Source of the DNA: Tubiluchus corallicola
Lineage: Eukaryota > Animalia > Priapulida
Assembly: GCA_030141605.1 (NCBI GenBank)
Contig: JAQGDQ010000088.1
Coordinates: 62,001-126,000 of the forward strand
Length of the DNA: 64,000 nucleotides
Direction of reading: 5' to 3'
Below are positions 28,504 through 41,891 of this stretch, one piece after another. The translations under genes and the position numbers were made by a program. The notes under the pieces were generated by a model. It was not told where the DNA came from, ran no database searches, and was given only the letters and a program-made list of their open reading frames with translations. Position 1 is the first letter of the stretch. Every line of letters begins with the position of its first letter.

Positions 28504-28668
28504 GTTTATGGGTAACGGTGTGGAAGCTGGCTCGGAACAGTGTATTCCGTTCTATTATTATTGGCACATGTGCAGACATTTTTATTATTACTGGTTTCTT
28601 TGTCTACTTGCCAAAATATCTGGAATTGCAGTTTCATGAAACCACACCAAGGGCAAACACATATTCTG
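28504..28668 (+). CDS. SLCO/OATP coding exon 4
   Basis: ttttgcAG|GT; encodes KLARN...GFFVYLPKYLELQF (conserved FLPKYLE.QF motif); donor G|GTAAGT. Confidence 0.95.
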
Positions 28669-30335
28669 GTAAGTTATCATCCAATAAGTTTGAACGCTGA
28701 GGTTTTATTTCTTGTAATTCACACTGTGGCATCTGTTGCTATATCTAGTCCCTTTTTAATTTTTATGTTAAACCTATATAAATACGGACTTTCAAGTATT
28801 AAGTTTTTTATTTTTAATCATAATTGCATAATTGTTTTTAAGCAGTAAGGCATTTTTTGGATGCAAGAACGGTCTAATGTTACTAGCATATGAAGCAAAA
28901 GTAGATTTAGATTATAATTTACATGTATCTGCCTAATTACATCAGGCCGATACAAACACGAGGTCTTTGTTTATTGTTGATTTCAATGCAGTGAAAGTTC
29001 ATGAAAAATATTTTCAAACATACGTATAATAAAAGCATTTCACACAGCTGAGAGAAAGTCCAAAGGCTAAACTGACTTGGATGCAGAAGAGGTTAATATA
29101 TCGTTTATAACTCTTATATCAAATCAAACAGGTATTTAAATCTTACCAGTTGTTGGCCTATGTCTTCTTGGTCACCAGCATAAATAATATTTTTGTACCA
29201 AGTTCCTTAAACACATTTGGGTACTAAAAGCCAGAGTGAGTACTGCGAGTTATTAAGTGATTTTCCTGCACTGGTTTTGGTTTTCATTATAAATATTGGA
29301 ATGAAGTGCACAAAAAGCCTGAACCTGCCTTCACATTTGTAATTTAAATTTCTAATTAACAGGTACTTTAGTTAATTAGCCTTCTTTCAGCTAAACTATT
29401 GACTCATATATAAAACATCATCCATCACATGAAAATTTTTCAGAAATTCGTTAAATGTAGACTAGGTTTCTGGACGCAACGGGCAACAAATCTACAAATG
29501 TTTTAAATCGCAAAATTAAGTCATTAGTATATACATAGCCCGTACTTCACTTTTTTACAATAATGTACAAGGGTGCACACATATATATATATATATATAT
29601 ACGTAATTCCAATAAGCACTTCACCAACAAAATCCCTTTCCCTTTTTAGCCTTCAAGAAAGTCTTCCTCATTAGTGACCTAGTCGGAATGAAATGGCTAG
29701 AAATTATTCTATTCCTCCATATTTTCCTTTGATGCGATCATGAAGAAAATCGATTTTCTTGAATGTATCGCATTATAGGCCTGTGTGAAACATAGTTATC
29801 CTGATCACCTTAATATGATTATTGTTGAGACATTTGCTGAGTTCTGACTGTGACCTAGTTCATATGTCTAGACGCTTACGTGCAAGGATCTGTGTCGCAT
29901 TACTAAACATCTGCTGTCATTTGCTAGGTAGAGACCTTTTGAGATTTTCATTGACTACCGGTGATGAAGCCAAATATGTAATCCGCTGCTTATCGAGGCT
30001 TAGTTGCTTGCTCGAAATAACATTATTAGCAGCAGCTGAATTAAAACAGTGAACGTTTTGACATCTATCTTATATAAAAACAGACCAAAATGGTGTAAAT
30101 ATGAACAATATGGTGCAATTTCCATTATAACTAGTATTAATCATGAAAAAGCAAATTTTGTTAAAAACCTGAGATGTGCATCCAACGGAAATTAAACTTG
30201 AACAAACTAAAACACAAGAATAAAGATAACAAATTGTAAATTTACTAATACTGAAAATGCTAGCTTAAAAAATTCTGAATGCCACATATGTAGACTATTT
30301 ATTTCGTTGAGCTAAAATACAGACATATTCAAACG

Positions 30336-30630
30336 TCGCCTACCTATTATCTACATTAGTTGGCAATTTAAGTTTAAGATGGGACTTTATCTTATTTGAA
30401 AATAGTTCATATCTTTACAACAGAAGCTGAGGTGTTGAAATTTATAATGGTTTTTGTTTTATTTTGTATTATGGCTCGTCTACCCATTATGTACATTAGT
30501 TATGAATAGGGGCTAAGCTTGGAGAAATATGGGACTTTATCTTATTTGAAAATAGTTCAAATCATTTTGACAACAGAAGCTGAGTTGTTGAGATTTATAA
30601 TGGTTTTGTTTTTATTTCGTATTATGGCTT
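30336..30630. repeat. Diverged tandem duplication, two units of about 140-150 bp
   Basis: ATGGGACTTTATCTTATTTGAAAATAGTTCA...ACAACAGAAGCTGAG...TTTATAATGGTTTT...GTATTATGGCT occurs twice. Confidence 0.85.
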
Positions 30631-32838
30631 AACATGTTAGCATTTATTGCAGACTAGTAGCTTTATAAAGTCGTCAATATAGGCAGGCGCGAACTGCTAT
30701 TACTGGATACAACCAAACTACATTAGTCTGTAATTTCCCAAAAACAATTGCTGGTCGTATTAGATTTCACAGCATACTCGCTTGGCAATGTGAAAATTCC
30801 TTCAGCAGATCGATACAAATACGGGTAATGACAACTTTCACAGAAAAGCAAAATGCAGAAAGCAGTGTTTGTTTGTTCGTTTTTCGTTTGCCAACACCAC
30901 CTCTCTTACGTGTTTATTTATTCATGCATGTGTTTTTTTGTGTGTTTAGTCATTTTTTCATTTATCTGACTTTCACTCATTTATTCATTTGCTGTTTACT
31001 GTTTTTTCATTTACGAACAAAGACACTTTTCCATCTTTCAAGCCCAACAAGTGTTTCATGGACATAACTTTCTGAACTAACAATAAAAACAATTTTGTTT
31101 GAATACCTGTTTGTTTTATATCTTCATTTTTAGCATTAATTTAAAATTACAATTAAAATTGTGCAGCTGAGTTACATGAAAAGAGAACTAAACTTTTGTA
31201 GTGAGACGAAAAGTTCTTTCACGATTGTATTCACGAGTTTTATTTTATAATGATAAATCTCGATACAGCAGGGAGACTTGAACATTTTCACACGCAGCTA
31301 GCTCGCGTAGCCGTAACACTATTTAACAGCTTGGTCGTTTAACCTGTTGTTTAAAAATCTCATTGATTAAGTTTGTCCTAAATTTCCCAATAATTTCAAC
31401 GCAAGGCTATTATGATTTTTCGTTGGACTTCATTTTTTTATACCAGCCTTGTACTTATTTTCCACCTACATGTGGGTTTGAGTGTAAACACCATTAAATA
31501 TGCATTACTGTTGTTTTAGAATAATGAAGCGCGTGTTGTAATGCTGATCCGGTAATAATAACAAAGATTAGGTCAAAAAGAAAACAGAAACTGTTGCTTT
31601 AGATGTCTGTTATCGGCTTTTACACTCTTAATGAAAAGCTGTCATATTAGCAACTTTAGCAACTTCCACGTGTCTGATGCCTGTGAAACGAAAGTGTTTT
31701 TCTTCATGGAGGGAAAGTAAAAAATTCCGTGTGTGGGTTGTAATTTTAGTATATCTTGAACCAAGCTGTAACATCATGTTTAAAAAAACCCGACGAAATT
31801 GTAAAATTTAAAATGCACTTTGATATAGGCGGCCTCTTTTAAAACGGTGAAAAGTGCAAATTTAGATTAGTTTCTCGTCTTCAAAGAATGTGTTCGTTCA
31901 TTTTTTTAAATGTTACATCTTTATAACAGAGTTTCCTTTGTGTTTTGTGGAAATTTTGTTTTTGTAATTGGTTTCTGCAACAGAATACGATTTCAAGCAG
32001 TCCTGTAAATTTGTAAAATTTCATATTAATTTTTTCCTTTATTATGTGCTTATGCGTTGTTTTTCCATCTTTTCAATCCAGTAGGCGCCTCATATATTAG
32101 TGAGATTATGAGACATCAAAGAAATTTGTGAGAGTAACACACTATCACATATACAAAAAAATCCTGCTCTTCTGTGTAACTTTAATTAAAAGCATTGTTA
32201 TTTGTTAGCCAGTTTTCTTTTCACTTGTGTTAGAACTGTTGTTAAATTTCTTTACATTGTCACCGTTTTATACTGTTCCTCTAGTTTTATTGACATTTGG
32301 GATAATTATCAATTTTCAATTCTCAGTAAAATGATCGTCCATATTTGCCAGCAGTGAGATTATTTTATGTCGGGGGGTTTTCCTCATTTTACCTTTTGTA
32401 TTGAAATTGTCATAAGTTTGCAGATTTAAAGCCTACCTATTTTCATTTTCCGTACAGAAAATTATCAATTTCTACCATCTACTAAACATAAAATGCAAGC
32501 AGTTTCATGCTAGATGTCCAGGATATTGAAGTGTCTGTTTCTTTCTTTCGTTTGTTTGTCTCTTGAACAAATTTAACAATTTTTTCAAACTTGTTCACCC
32601 TTAAAATGTTTTCTCCTAGATTGTTTTCTAGTCAAGAAATTAACAACTATGATCGAAGGCTCATGGAGAATTCTGTACTGCTTTTTCAGCGTGACAGTGA
32701 CGTAGTATATTATTTATAATTTGCTTGTTGAGAGCTAGGGTGCTTAGTGACACATAATGTTCATTCAAACGTTGCTTATGCAATTTAAAGTTTATTTCTT
32801 TACAGTGCTGTGCATTTATATTGCTCTTTTACTTTCAG

Positions 32839-33031
32839 GTATAGTAGCAGTTTTAGCGATGGCATTGGCAACATTGGCAGGAGGGTGGGTGGTAAAGCGC
32901 TTTCGGTTAGAACCGCGTGGGGTGATGTTTTTAGTTCTCAGCTGCTCTATTGTTTGGACACTAGGAAACCTGATTCTGATGGCTGTCGGTTGCCCCACTC
33001 AGTCTTGGGTTGGTACCTGGGAGAATAACAT
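32839..33031 (+). CDS. SLCO/OATP coding exon 5
   Basis: ctttcAG|GT; encodes (G)IVAVLAMALATLAGGWVVKRFRL...AVGCP; donor AT|GTAAGT. Confidence 0.93.
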
Positions 33032-34675
33032 GTAAGTGCAGCTGTTCTTGTGAAAAAACAACTGTTTCTTTTTAAATTAGTGACTGTATGAAGGTGATTG
33101 CTCAGATTCACACATAGAATAAAGCATTTTGTAGTATAATTACTCTTAACAGGATAGAAAATACCTTCTGGAGTCAGGGAGTATTCTTAAAGTTTTTTCC
33201 TGGCTTTCTTTCTTGATATTCAGTAGTAAATGAATAATTATGCATTTTACCCTATTTACCAGTGTTAATGTCGTGATAATTTTTATAGAGATTCTTAGAA
33301 ATCCTTCAATGTAAATGAGATAGACAAAGTTTTTGTAATCGACAATCAGTGGTCGAGGGTATGTGTAGTGCAATTATCAGGTGGAGTGATCGGTTCTTAA
33401 AGTTCAGCACAATTTTATTATAAAATTCATTCACATAAAATATACTATGTAGCCAAGCCGTTAACCAAGATTAAGTGGTGATATCTTTTTGTGTCATCAC
33501 CACTTTTTTTCTGTTACTTTTCATACTATCAGGCTGTTTTAGCTGGTTTAAGGTGTTTACAGTGTTTTAGCTGCTACCCTAGCGTGGCAATACAGAGATC
33601 GTTGGCATGGCATTGCTCTGCTTGAATAACTTGTGCGAAGTAAGACAGGTTTTTAATGGTCTTTTGCTCATTTGTTAGAAATTTCATTTGTGGAAGGCAA
33701 GCTTCTTAGCTTGGTATATACTTTTTAACCAGATAAAGCATGGTTTTAGTTGATGAGTGCGAAAAATCACAACTGTTCATGTCAATTTTAACAATTTTAT
33801 AGCATGCTTATCAAATAATATAAGTTAAATACTGTAACATAATAGCCTTTTTTTCAAAACGAGTTTATTTTATGATTTTTTTCAAACTAGTTTATTTTAC
33901 AGCTGGTACCCCCGTGAGCCATTCATTATCTTTTCAATTTTTTGCCCTTGGTGCTTTTAGTTCAGAGGTTTTGAACATCAGCAGTAGGAGTACATTGACC
34001 TGTTGTATGAAACTGATAAATGATATAGCAGTATCGTGTTGTACGTTTGTTGATGTTATTATCATTGTCACAAAATGTTACTTGAAGTCGGGCTTGTAAT
34101 AGTCAGATTTATTATAAATCATCATGTGCTCCTAAACATCAGTTTCCTGGGCTTAATAAATCAGCAAGTTATTTATCACTTTTTATAACACATTAATAAA
34201 TAAAACATGACAAAGTCTGCTTGTCTGTCTTTATATTATTCTTCATCAGATGGTGCTAAATTTTTACATTATTAAATGGACATTCCAACAATTTATAGCT
34301 TGTGTTTTTCTTAAAAATGCAACAATGTCTAAATTTTTAATATTTTAACTTTTATTGACATTGCCACTTAAGTTTGGATGCAGAAAGCTTGTGTACTCAA
34401 TAAACTGTCTTATAGTGAGCCTACTAAAAATCTTGTTCTGTTACAATTCAGCAGCAAAAGCATACCTCTGATGGCTGCATTTTATTAATGAAAACCACCA
34501 CTTTTGTTCTTTCTTAAACTGGATGATACAAGATATCGTATGAGAGTGCTTTGGCACATAATATTTATACTAGCATCCCTGTGCACTAGACTTTTTGTTG
34601 AACTTGGCTAACACAATAATGAAAATAGTTGCATGTAAAGGTAGTTCATTCTGTTTCGATTGTTTGTCATTTCAG

Positions 34676-34802
34676 GTTAAATGTATCAACTCCATGTTCA
34701 GAGAAGTGCGGATGCTCGTCATCGAGGTTTAATCCAATTTGTGGTGACAATAAAATTTACTTTTCCGCTTGCTATGCAGGCTGCCATAATCTCACAGATA
34801 AG
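34676..34802 (+). CDS. SLCO/OATP coding exon 6 (Kazal-like extracellular domain)
   Basis: tttcAG|G; encodes CSEKCGCSSSRFNPICGDNKIYFSACYAGC; donor AAG|GTATGT. Confidence 0.95.
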
Positions 34803-37800
34803 GTATGTTTTTCATTGTTTAATTGACTTTATTTGGTTTATAATGCTCACTGATTTTTTACTAGCATTTAGATTTGTACAGTTTAATGTACAATGTACAG
34901 TTTTCTGAGACAAAATGTTGTGAATACTTTGGAGGAGTTTCATTAATAGAGTTTTTTAGAACTTAGGATTTTCTCGGCATTTAAATTGTTGTTTATAAAA
35001 TATCAGTACAAAAAATGTTGTGCTGGTACAGCTTAACCACTCATTAATACCACTAATTTGTTTAGGTGTGATTTAGTTTTAATTTGAAATTCATCTGTAA
35101 GGGCTTATGAACAATTTTCTTCATAAATTTGTGCGCACGAACGTATTTAGTCTTACCTATGGCCCGGTATTGATAAATTAAACTAGTTTTCATAAAAATA
35201 AACTATTGTCTGCATAACAGACCATATAAGATTTGCAACTCTCTCTCACCCAATTTGGTCACCTGTTTACCTGTCTGTTCTATTCTGTCTGCCTATCTGT
35301 CTTACTATTTTTTGCAATAGACTAAAATTAAACGTTTCAGGTAAAACTGCTTCTCTTTTGTCTCTCTCTCCCATCTCTGTCTATCTGTCTATTTATGTTT
35401 TTCCGTTGTTTTCCTCTTGCTGGTTTCACTGATCATTTTAGAGAAATTTAATAAATATTCACCAGAAAACATAAAAACATAAAAATAGACGTGTTCCAAC
35501 TTAGTTAGGCGGTCGAAAGAGTGAGAGGGAATGTTATTAGTTTACAATCTGTGCAACAAAGGTGTTGACAAAGTTAATAAACACATCCCGTAGCCACAGA
35601 GATTATGACCGAGACTAAACTTTATCAGCCAAGAGTCTATGTATGAACAAAATAGATCAGAATTTTCTACGAAGTTTTTGTGAATCCAATTTACGAAAGT
35701 GCGTACGAAATTTCTCGCGGACGTTTTAATGAATCCCAAACCCAGTGATCACAAAATATAGCATCATATATCTACATATGTTAGATGGGATTTAAATTTT
35801 ATACAACTCTGTTTACTACTGTTGCCTAGTGGGTACTCACTCTCATCTAGGGGTGTGGTAGCATATTATCGTGGTTTGTTGTTTGCACCAGAATAGACAT
35901 GTTACAAAGTTTAATATCTAAGTTTGTTTAAAATAAGTATTTGAACTTAATAGTTTATAGAGATTATTTTTCATAGCAATAGCTTATTTTAACGTAGGCG
36001 TTAAAATTTTTGTTTTCAGAGGCGCACAATAGCTTTTTCTTGCTATTGTATTTCCTTTCATGGTCATGTTTCGTATTGTTTACATACACGGCTCTTTTGT
36101 GATATTTTCTTTAATATATTCATCAGGCGAAATACACGTGTAGCAGGTTGCGCAAAACCAGCGGTTTGTGAAACTATCGCCTACTGTTAGTGAAATCACT
36201 TGACATTTTCATCAATTTAATAAAAGGTTTATATAAGGAAAGCCCATAGTAAATAAGTTATACGACGTACAGTAGTTTGCAATGTAATTTGGTTTATGTG
36301 ATTACATACGTGTTTATAAAAACTAATGCATCGTAATTTATTGCTAATTGGTAAAATGTTAAAAATGGACACTTGAACTAGTTAAGACTGGTGAGGTGTA
36401 AATATTATGAGTTATTTTGTCCATTGAAGTTAATCAGTTAAATCAATTTTTTATTTGAACATGATAATTTTAGAATCGTTACAAAGGAAACTGTAGGTTT
36501 TGTATTGAAGTCCTTCAGCAAACCCTGTATTTATATCTGCTGTAATACTTGTGTGATCTGTTAACGTTTTCAATGTGGCGGATTGGAGGTGGAAAAGAGA
36601 AACGCGTTGGGGAAGTGCAATACATAACTTGGCGGCTGTTAGTACCAGGGGCATGGAACTCAGCACACGGGGCGATGTCATGTAAACTGGTTTTTGTCGT
36701 CGTAATGACGGTAGCCTGCTATATGGATGGCGGAATGCTATTATAGCTTCACTTTTGTATAATCGGTTAAAACGCGTCTATTTTTTAATCTCATGCCGTC
36801 ACGGCCACTTTTGTTTTTATGTTGTAATCAACTGAACCAATACATGAAATAAGCTTCCACTTCCAGCCGATTTGCAAAATAATTGTTTTTGGTTGTGGGG
36901 TCTTGATTTTACTTTATGAAACTTAGTACATTCTGAGCTGGACTCCAGCATTCAACAGCAGTATCTTATGTTATCTGTGGCAAGATCGGAGCCTAGCAGA
37001 TTCAGTATGTTGAATGAAAGCAGCCAAGCGAGTAATGTCTCTCTTGCCTTTGAACATACGAAAATCATTTATGTCTGCGATGTGTTTTTCTATATTAACT
37101 GATCATGTGCTCGTCTGCAAGATTTATTCAGTTTTTGTATTGTTCCGTTTGTTAGGTTAAGGAAATGGAATAAATTTGATTGTTCCATTCCACAGACGAC
37201 CCTTATATTGAATGCCCGAGTTACATAAGTCCCAATGGCAATGGCATCTTTTAACCATGATTATAACCAGAAAAATAGCGTAAACTTAACTAATATTACA
37301 TTGATGTATAATATAGGTTGACCACATTTGAATTAATTTTGACTGTGAAGATCTTATTGAGGTTTTTAAAAACTGGCCAGAAATGAACACAGTTTGTTTT
37401 GTCCTAATTTAAAGTTAATCAAATAGTTGTTTTTATCTAACTTGCTAAGCCATAAACTAAACTAAACTGCGTATTTTCTTGATTGCAGCATGATTTAATC
37501 AGCAACTCATAGACGTTAAACGTTGTGCATTTCTCTCTATAAACGAAACTGGTCTATATATTTCCACTAATTCACTTGCAATTTCAATTGACAATAATAA
37601 AATCTAGAACCAGGCCTGACCAATGAAAAGCTGAGTATTTTTCATAACAGTGTTAGACCGAGCTGTAGCTAAATGTCCCGAACGTACTGGCGTTAATTGA
37701 GCTCTGCAGGTGTGTGAAATAACTTGCACGCTGCTTGGCCAGTCAACGAAAATGATTGACATTATGTTAGACGTGAATTCTTAAACTTGTATTATTTTTT

Positions 37801-39042
37801 GACCACGGATTTTATATGAAAGCTATTACTAGTAGTAATATAAAATCATTACTGTTATTATAATTATTTGTCATTTTTTGTATCCTAGTTTCTTTGTGAA
37901 TTGAAAAACGTTTGAAACAGTCGGTTTAAAAAAAATTTGAATCCCATTAGAGATATAAACAATATCTTTCTTTTGGCTTTTTATTTTGAAACTTAGGGAT
38001 TTGCTACTAGTAATTTGCTATGAAATTTACTAAATTTGTGTTTAATAAATAATATAATTATTCTTGCAAAAAATCGAATGAAACATATCGATTAAGCAAA
38101 TCGGATAAGCTTTGACAATGATAATGTCATAATGCAACAAATCACAAATGTGTGAATAGATGTAACTAAATCTTTGCCAAGCAATCTTATACCGAGTTTT
38201 ATTATTCCAGTTACTGCGCAGACAATGTCAGCAAACGCGTATTTGAAAACGTAGAAAAAATTCATTGTGCCTGCCCATTCCCCGCAATGTTTTCGACTTC
38301 GAACCGCACGTCAAAGCTTAACGTAACGTCCTATTTTTAATTCTCTTAAAGACTTGGCTCATGATAGTTTTGTAGATTTATGAGCTGGTCAAGCAGGTCT
38401 AGGCTAGAATACCATTCTCTCAGCTCTGTATTTCCCCCTAAGGCAGAGAGGTCTCACCGGTTTAGCAGCAAACTCAACTGGTATTTGAGAGCTGCGTGTA
38501 CAGTTCCACCAACGCCATAAAAATGACGTGATACATATAAATGTTCACTGTAGAGTTATTTGTAAAAATGAATAGAATTTGTGTGTAGACGTAGTGTTCT
38601 TTAAGTGCATAGCCAACGAAAGACTGAAAGGAATAACTTTTACACTCGAGCACTAGCTTGTTCACCAAATAATTTGACCATGTATGGTCGTTTCGAGTAG
38701 TTCACGAAACAGGCTGTTAGTACTTAATAGTACTATTATATGGTATTTTGAAAATATTCTCTTTTTTAAATGAATGGAAATTTTTTCAGTGTACATTAAG
38801 TTCTTCAAATTTTTTTGGTGTAGTAAGGCTGGATAGACTACCATCTGTTAGGTGCTTTGATAAATTAGGGTATTTTATTCAATACCTGGTAGTGTAGATT
38901 ATTTGATTTCAGATTTTATTGGATTTCTAGCAGGTTTTTCCTCGTGCTAAGAGCAGTATCTCCCATGAGAGCTCTTGAGTTTATTAGTTAAATAATGCTA
39001 ATTAACATTATTTAACTCAACATATATAATTACTGATTTCAG

Positions 39043-39197
39043 AATTACACTAAATGTGACTGTGTGGACTCTGGATGGGCAGTAAAAGAGGCCTGTAAAT
39101 CAGACTGTGATAATGAAGTGCCGTATCTCATCATATTGTTCTTTATCGTATTCTACGTTAGTCTACGGAATACCGGGCATATGATGATAACTATCCG
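39043..39197 (+). CDS. SLCO/OATP coding exon 7
   Basis: tttcAG|AAT; encodes NYTKCDCVDSGWAVKEACKSDCDNEVPYLIILFFIVFYVSLRNTGHMMITI(R); donor CG|GTAAGT. Not in the ORF track. Confidence 0.93.
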
Positions 39198-39308
39198 GTA
39201 AGTCAAACGGCTTGCATATTTACATGATATTGTCTATCTTCTGTTGATTGCTGATTGACTCATGGAATCTTGATGCGGAAATCCAACATGGTGCTGTTTA
39301 TTTTACAG

Positions 39309-39373
39309 ATGTGTTGCCAAAAGAGATAAAGATATGGCACTTGGGGTTGCTCAAGTTTGCACTGGTCTATTTG
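39309..39373 (+). CDS. SLCO/OATP coding exon 8
   Basis: ttttacAG|A; encodes (R)CVAKRDKDMALGVAQVCTGLF(G); donor G|GTGAGT. Confidence 0.92.
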
Positions 39374-41607
39374 GTGAGTACCTGGTTGATAAATACTTTG
39401 CAAAATCTATTGCTTTCATACCACATATAGTTGTGTAAATTTCTTACAGTAATTGTAGCATTTTGAGGTATATTTCTATTATTAACGTGAAAGGCTGTAG
39501 GGATTTCAGAGCGTTGGGAGATAATGTCATATGCACAATTCCAGCTTCTGCATTTACTGTATACAGATTTTTCATCAATGTTGTATATATAACATTATAT
39601 TATCTCTCATTGAATTCCTGTTGTTTCTTTAGACATTTCATTCTTTCAAACTGAGTTTTGAGCTAAATTTATTTAGTTTACAAAATCGGGTCGTTTGACA
39701 AAATCTGCACTTATAACTTTACAGTATGCAAAAAATTAACTGCCTGCCATTTCTCACCAGTACTACTCAGCCTTTCTAGAAAACTTGCTTCTCCTTTTTT
39801 CACTTTGATGGTATTGGCGTAATGTTTTGTTTGGTACCACATATTGCTCCGTACATTTATTTTGACATCGGACTAGTGAAGCTAGAAAAATTTAACTCAA
39901 ATGCCAATACAACATGCTGTTTGGCAGCATATATAATTTCTCGAGCATTTTGTTTAAAAACGTAACCCACCCTTTTTTATAGTGTCCAATTATTTTTATT
40001 GTGACATTTTGTCTTTTACAAAAAATGCATTGGTCAGTCTCAGGTTGTGCAAGTATTTTAAGCATGTTGTAATCAATCTAGTACATGTAGTAATAAATTT
40101 TACTTGCAAGTATTATGTTGTAAACATTGCACATAAAGATATTTTTTATATGTTCATTGTAAAGTGCCTTAAGAAAGAAGATGCTAGCACTAGCATTACA
40201 CAGATTAATTCCACAAACTACTCCAGACCCTTTTCAGCACTTTACTTTGTTATAGTAAACTTTCAAATATGGTAACCAGTTAAGAACTTTCAATTCAGAG
40301 AACTTCTGTGTCATGGTTTACTTACTAGAAAGCTGAAAGAATGATGTTTTTAATATGATTTAGCAATTGATTTAGCAAAACCTCTATTCTTGTAGTTCTT
40401 AAAAGGCCAAGAGTAGTTTGTGTGTAATAAAAACGCTTTTATTTTTGCAGGTGCTAGTGTGTTTTTCTTGATTAAACTTAAATTTCAATGTAAAGGCAAC
40501 TGTGGGAAGATATATAATTAATAACCTGATGTTCAGAGTTTTTTTAAAGGACAAAATGACCCTTTACTTACATAAAGCTAAAAAATTGTCTTGAAACTTT
40601 GTATCACATACATATGGGCCTTGTTGCACACAAAGCTTGTTTTAGAAGCAACGCTGCATTAAAGTTGAAAATTTAAACTCCCGTGATGACCACTAAGTGC
40701 AGCCATTTTGTTGGTAAGTTGTTTGGAACAAATTTAGATAACACTGCACAAAGCTTAAGAAGATAATCAGAGCATTCGCAGCACACACCTTCTCAAACTA
40801 AGCAGAATTATAAATTACTGTATCTTGTCAAAAACATTAAAAATTTACATGTTTTTTGATGATTCAATGGTACACACTGGGAAGGTGAGTCAGTGACATT
40901 TTACCAGTTGGTGCAAGCATTTTAAATTACTATGAATTTTCTTTTTTAGTTCTTTCAAGCAGGTAAGTGGAATCCTAAGTAATATGACTTTGTGTTTAAA
41001 ATTTTTTGTGATATATATTTTAATATTGCCCTTTTCCCCCTTTAAACATATGCCTTTTTTTCTGTAGAGTTGTCACATTTCAAGAATCAAACTATTGAAT
41101 GACAGTTTTCAGACTGTACTTTGTTATTGATAGAGGTTGTAATTGGAATATTTTGTTATTAAGGAGGCTTTGGTAATAAAATATTAAACACGGGAATTAG
41201 TGCATCAAAAATCTACAGCTGTTTTCAATTTTATATGTCCTAATTTTATATTATTATTATTATTTTGAATTAATTTTGTTATATGTCATGTCTATTGTTT
41301 ATTATAGAATTTAGTTTTTCAATTCCACTGTGTCTCATTTATATTTAGTGGTTTGAAAATCAAATAAAAATTTTGGAACCAAGATTGTTACTTCTGATAT
41401 TTTCATTAATTACACTGAATATCAGTTTATTAACGATTTACTCTGAGTTGTCTTTACATTGTATTAGTTGAAGCTTTCGGGTGATAGAGATTTCGAATTT
41501 AATTTCCCTAGTTGCAGAAGTGTTATGCAGTTTGAATTTTTGCCTTAGTGAATATCAGCTAATACTGCTAGTTTGAGGTTTCTGTTTATAAAGAAATTGT
41601 TTTTCAG

Positions 41608-41891
41608 GAGTGATACCAGGTCCGGTTTTATATGCTACGGCGATAGACACAGCATGCACATTATTCTCAGAAACTTGCGGTGAACAGGGTTATTGCTTAC
41701 TATACGACACAGACCGATTTCGTTATTTGTACCATGGTATTTCTGCCTGCTTTAACCTTATCCCTGTTGTAGCATATGCATATGTGTTTATAAAGTGTCG
41801 AGGTAAAACATTTGAACCCGATACACTAAGTCCAAGTGATAATGACGTTCGGAACGAGACAGTGATGTCACAGTACGAATCAGCGCTATGA
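41608..41891 (+). CDS. SLCO/OATP coding exon 9 (last)
   Basis: ttttcAG|GA; encodes VIPGPVLYATAIDTAC...CGEQGYCLLYD...ESAL then TGA. The nine exons sum to 2136 nt (711 aa + stop) with compatible phases. Confidence 0.95.
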
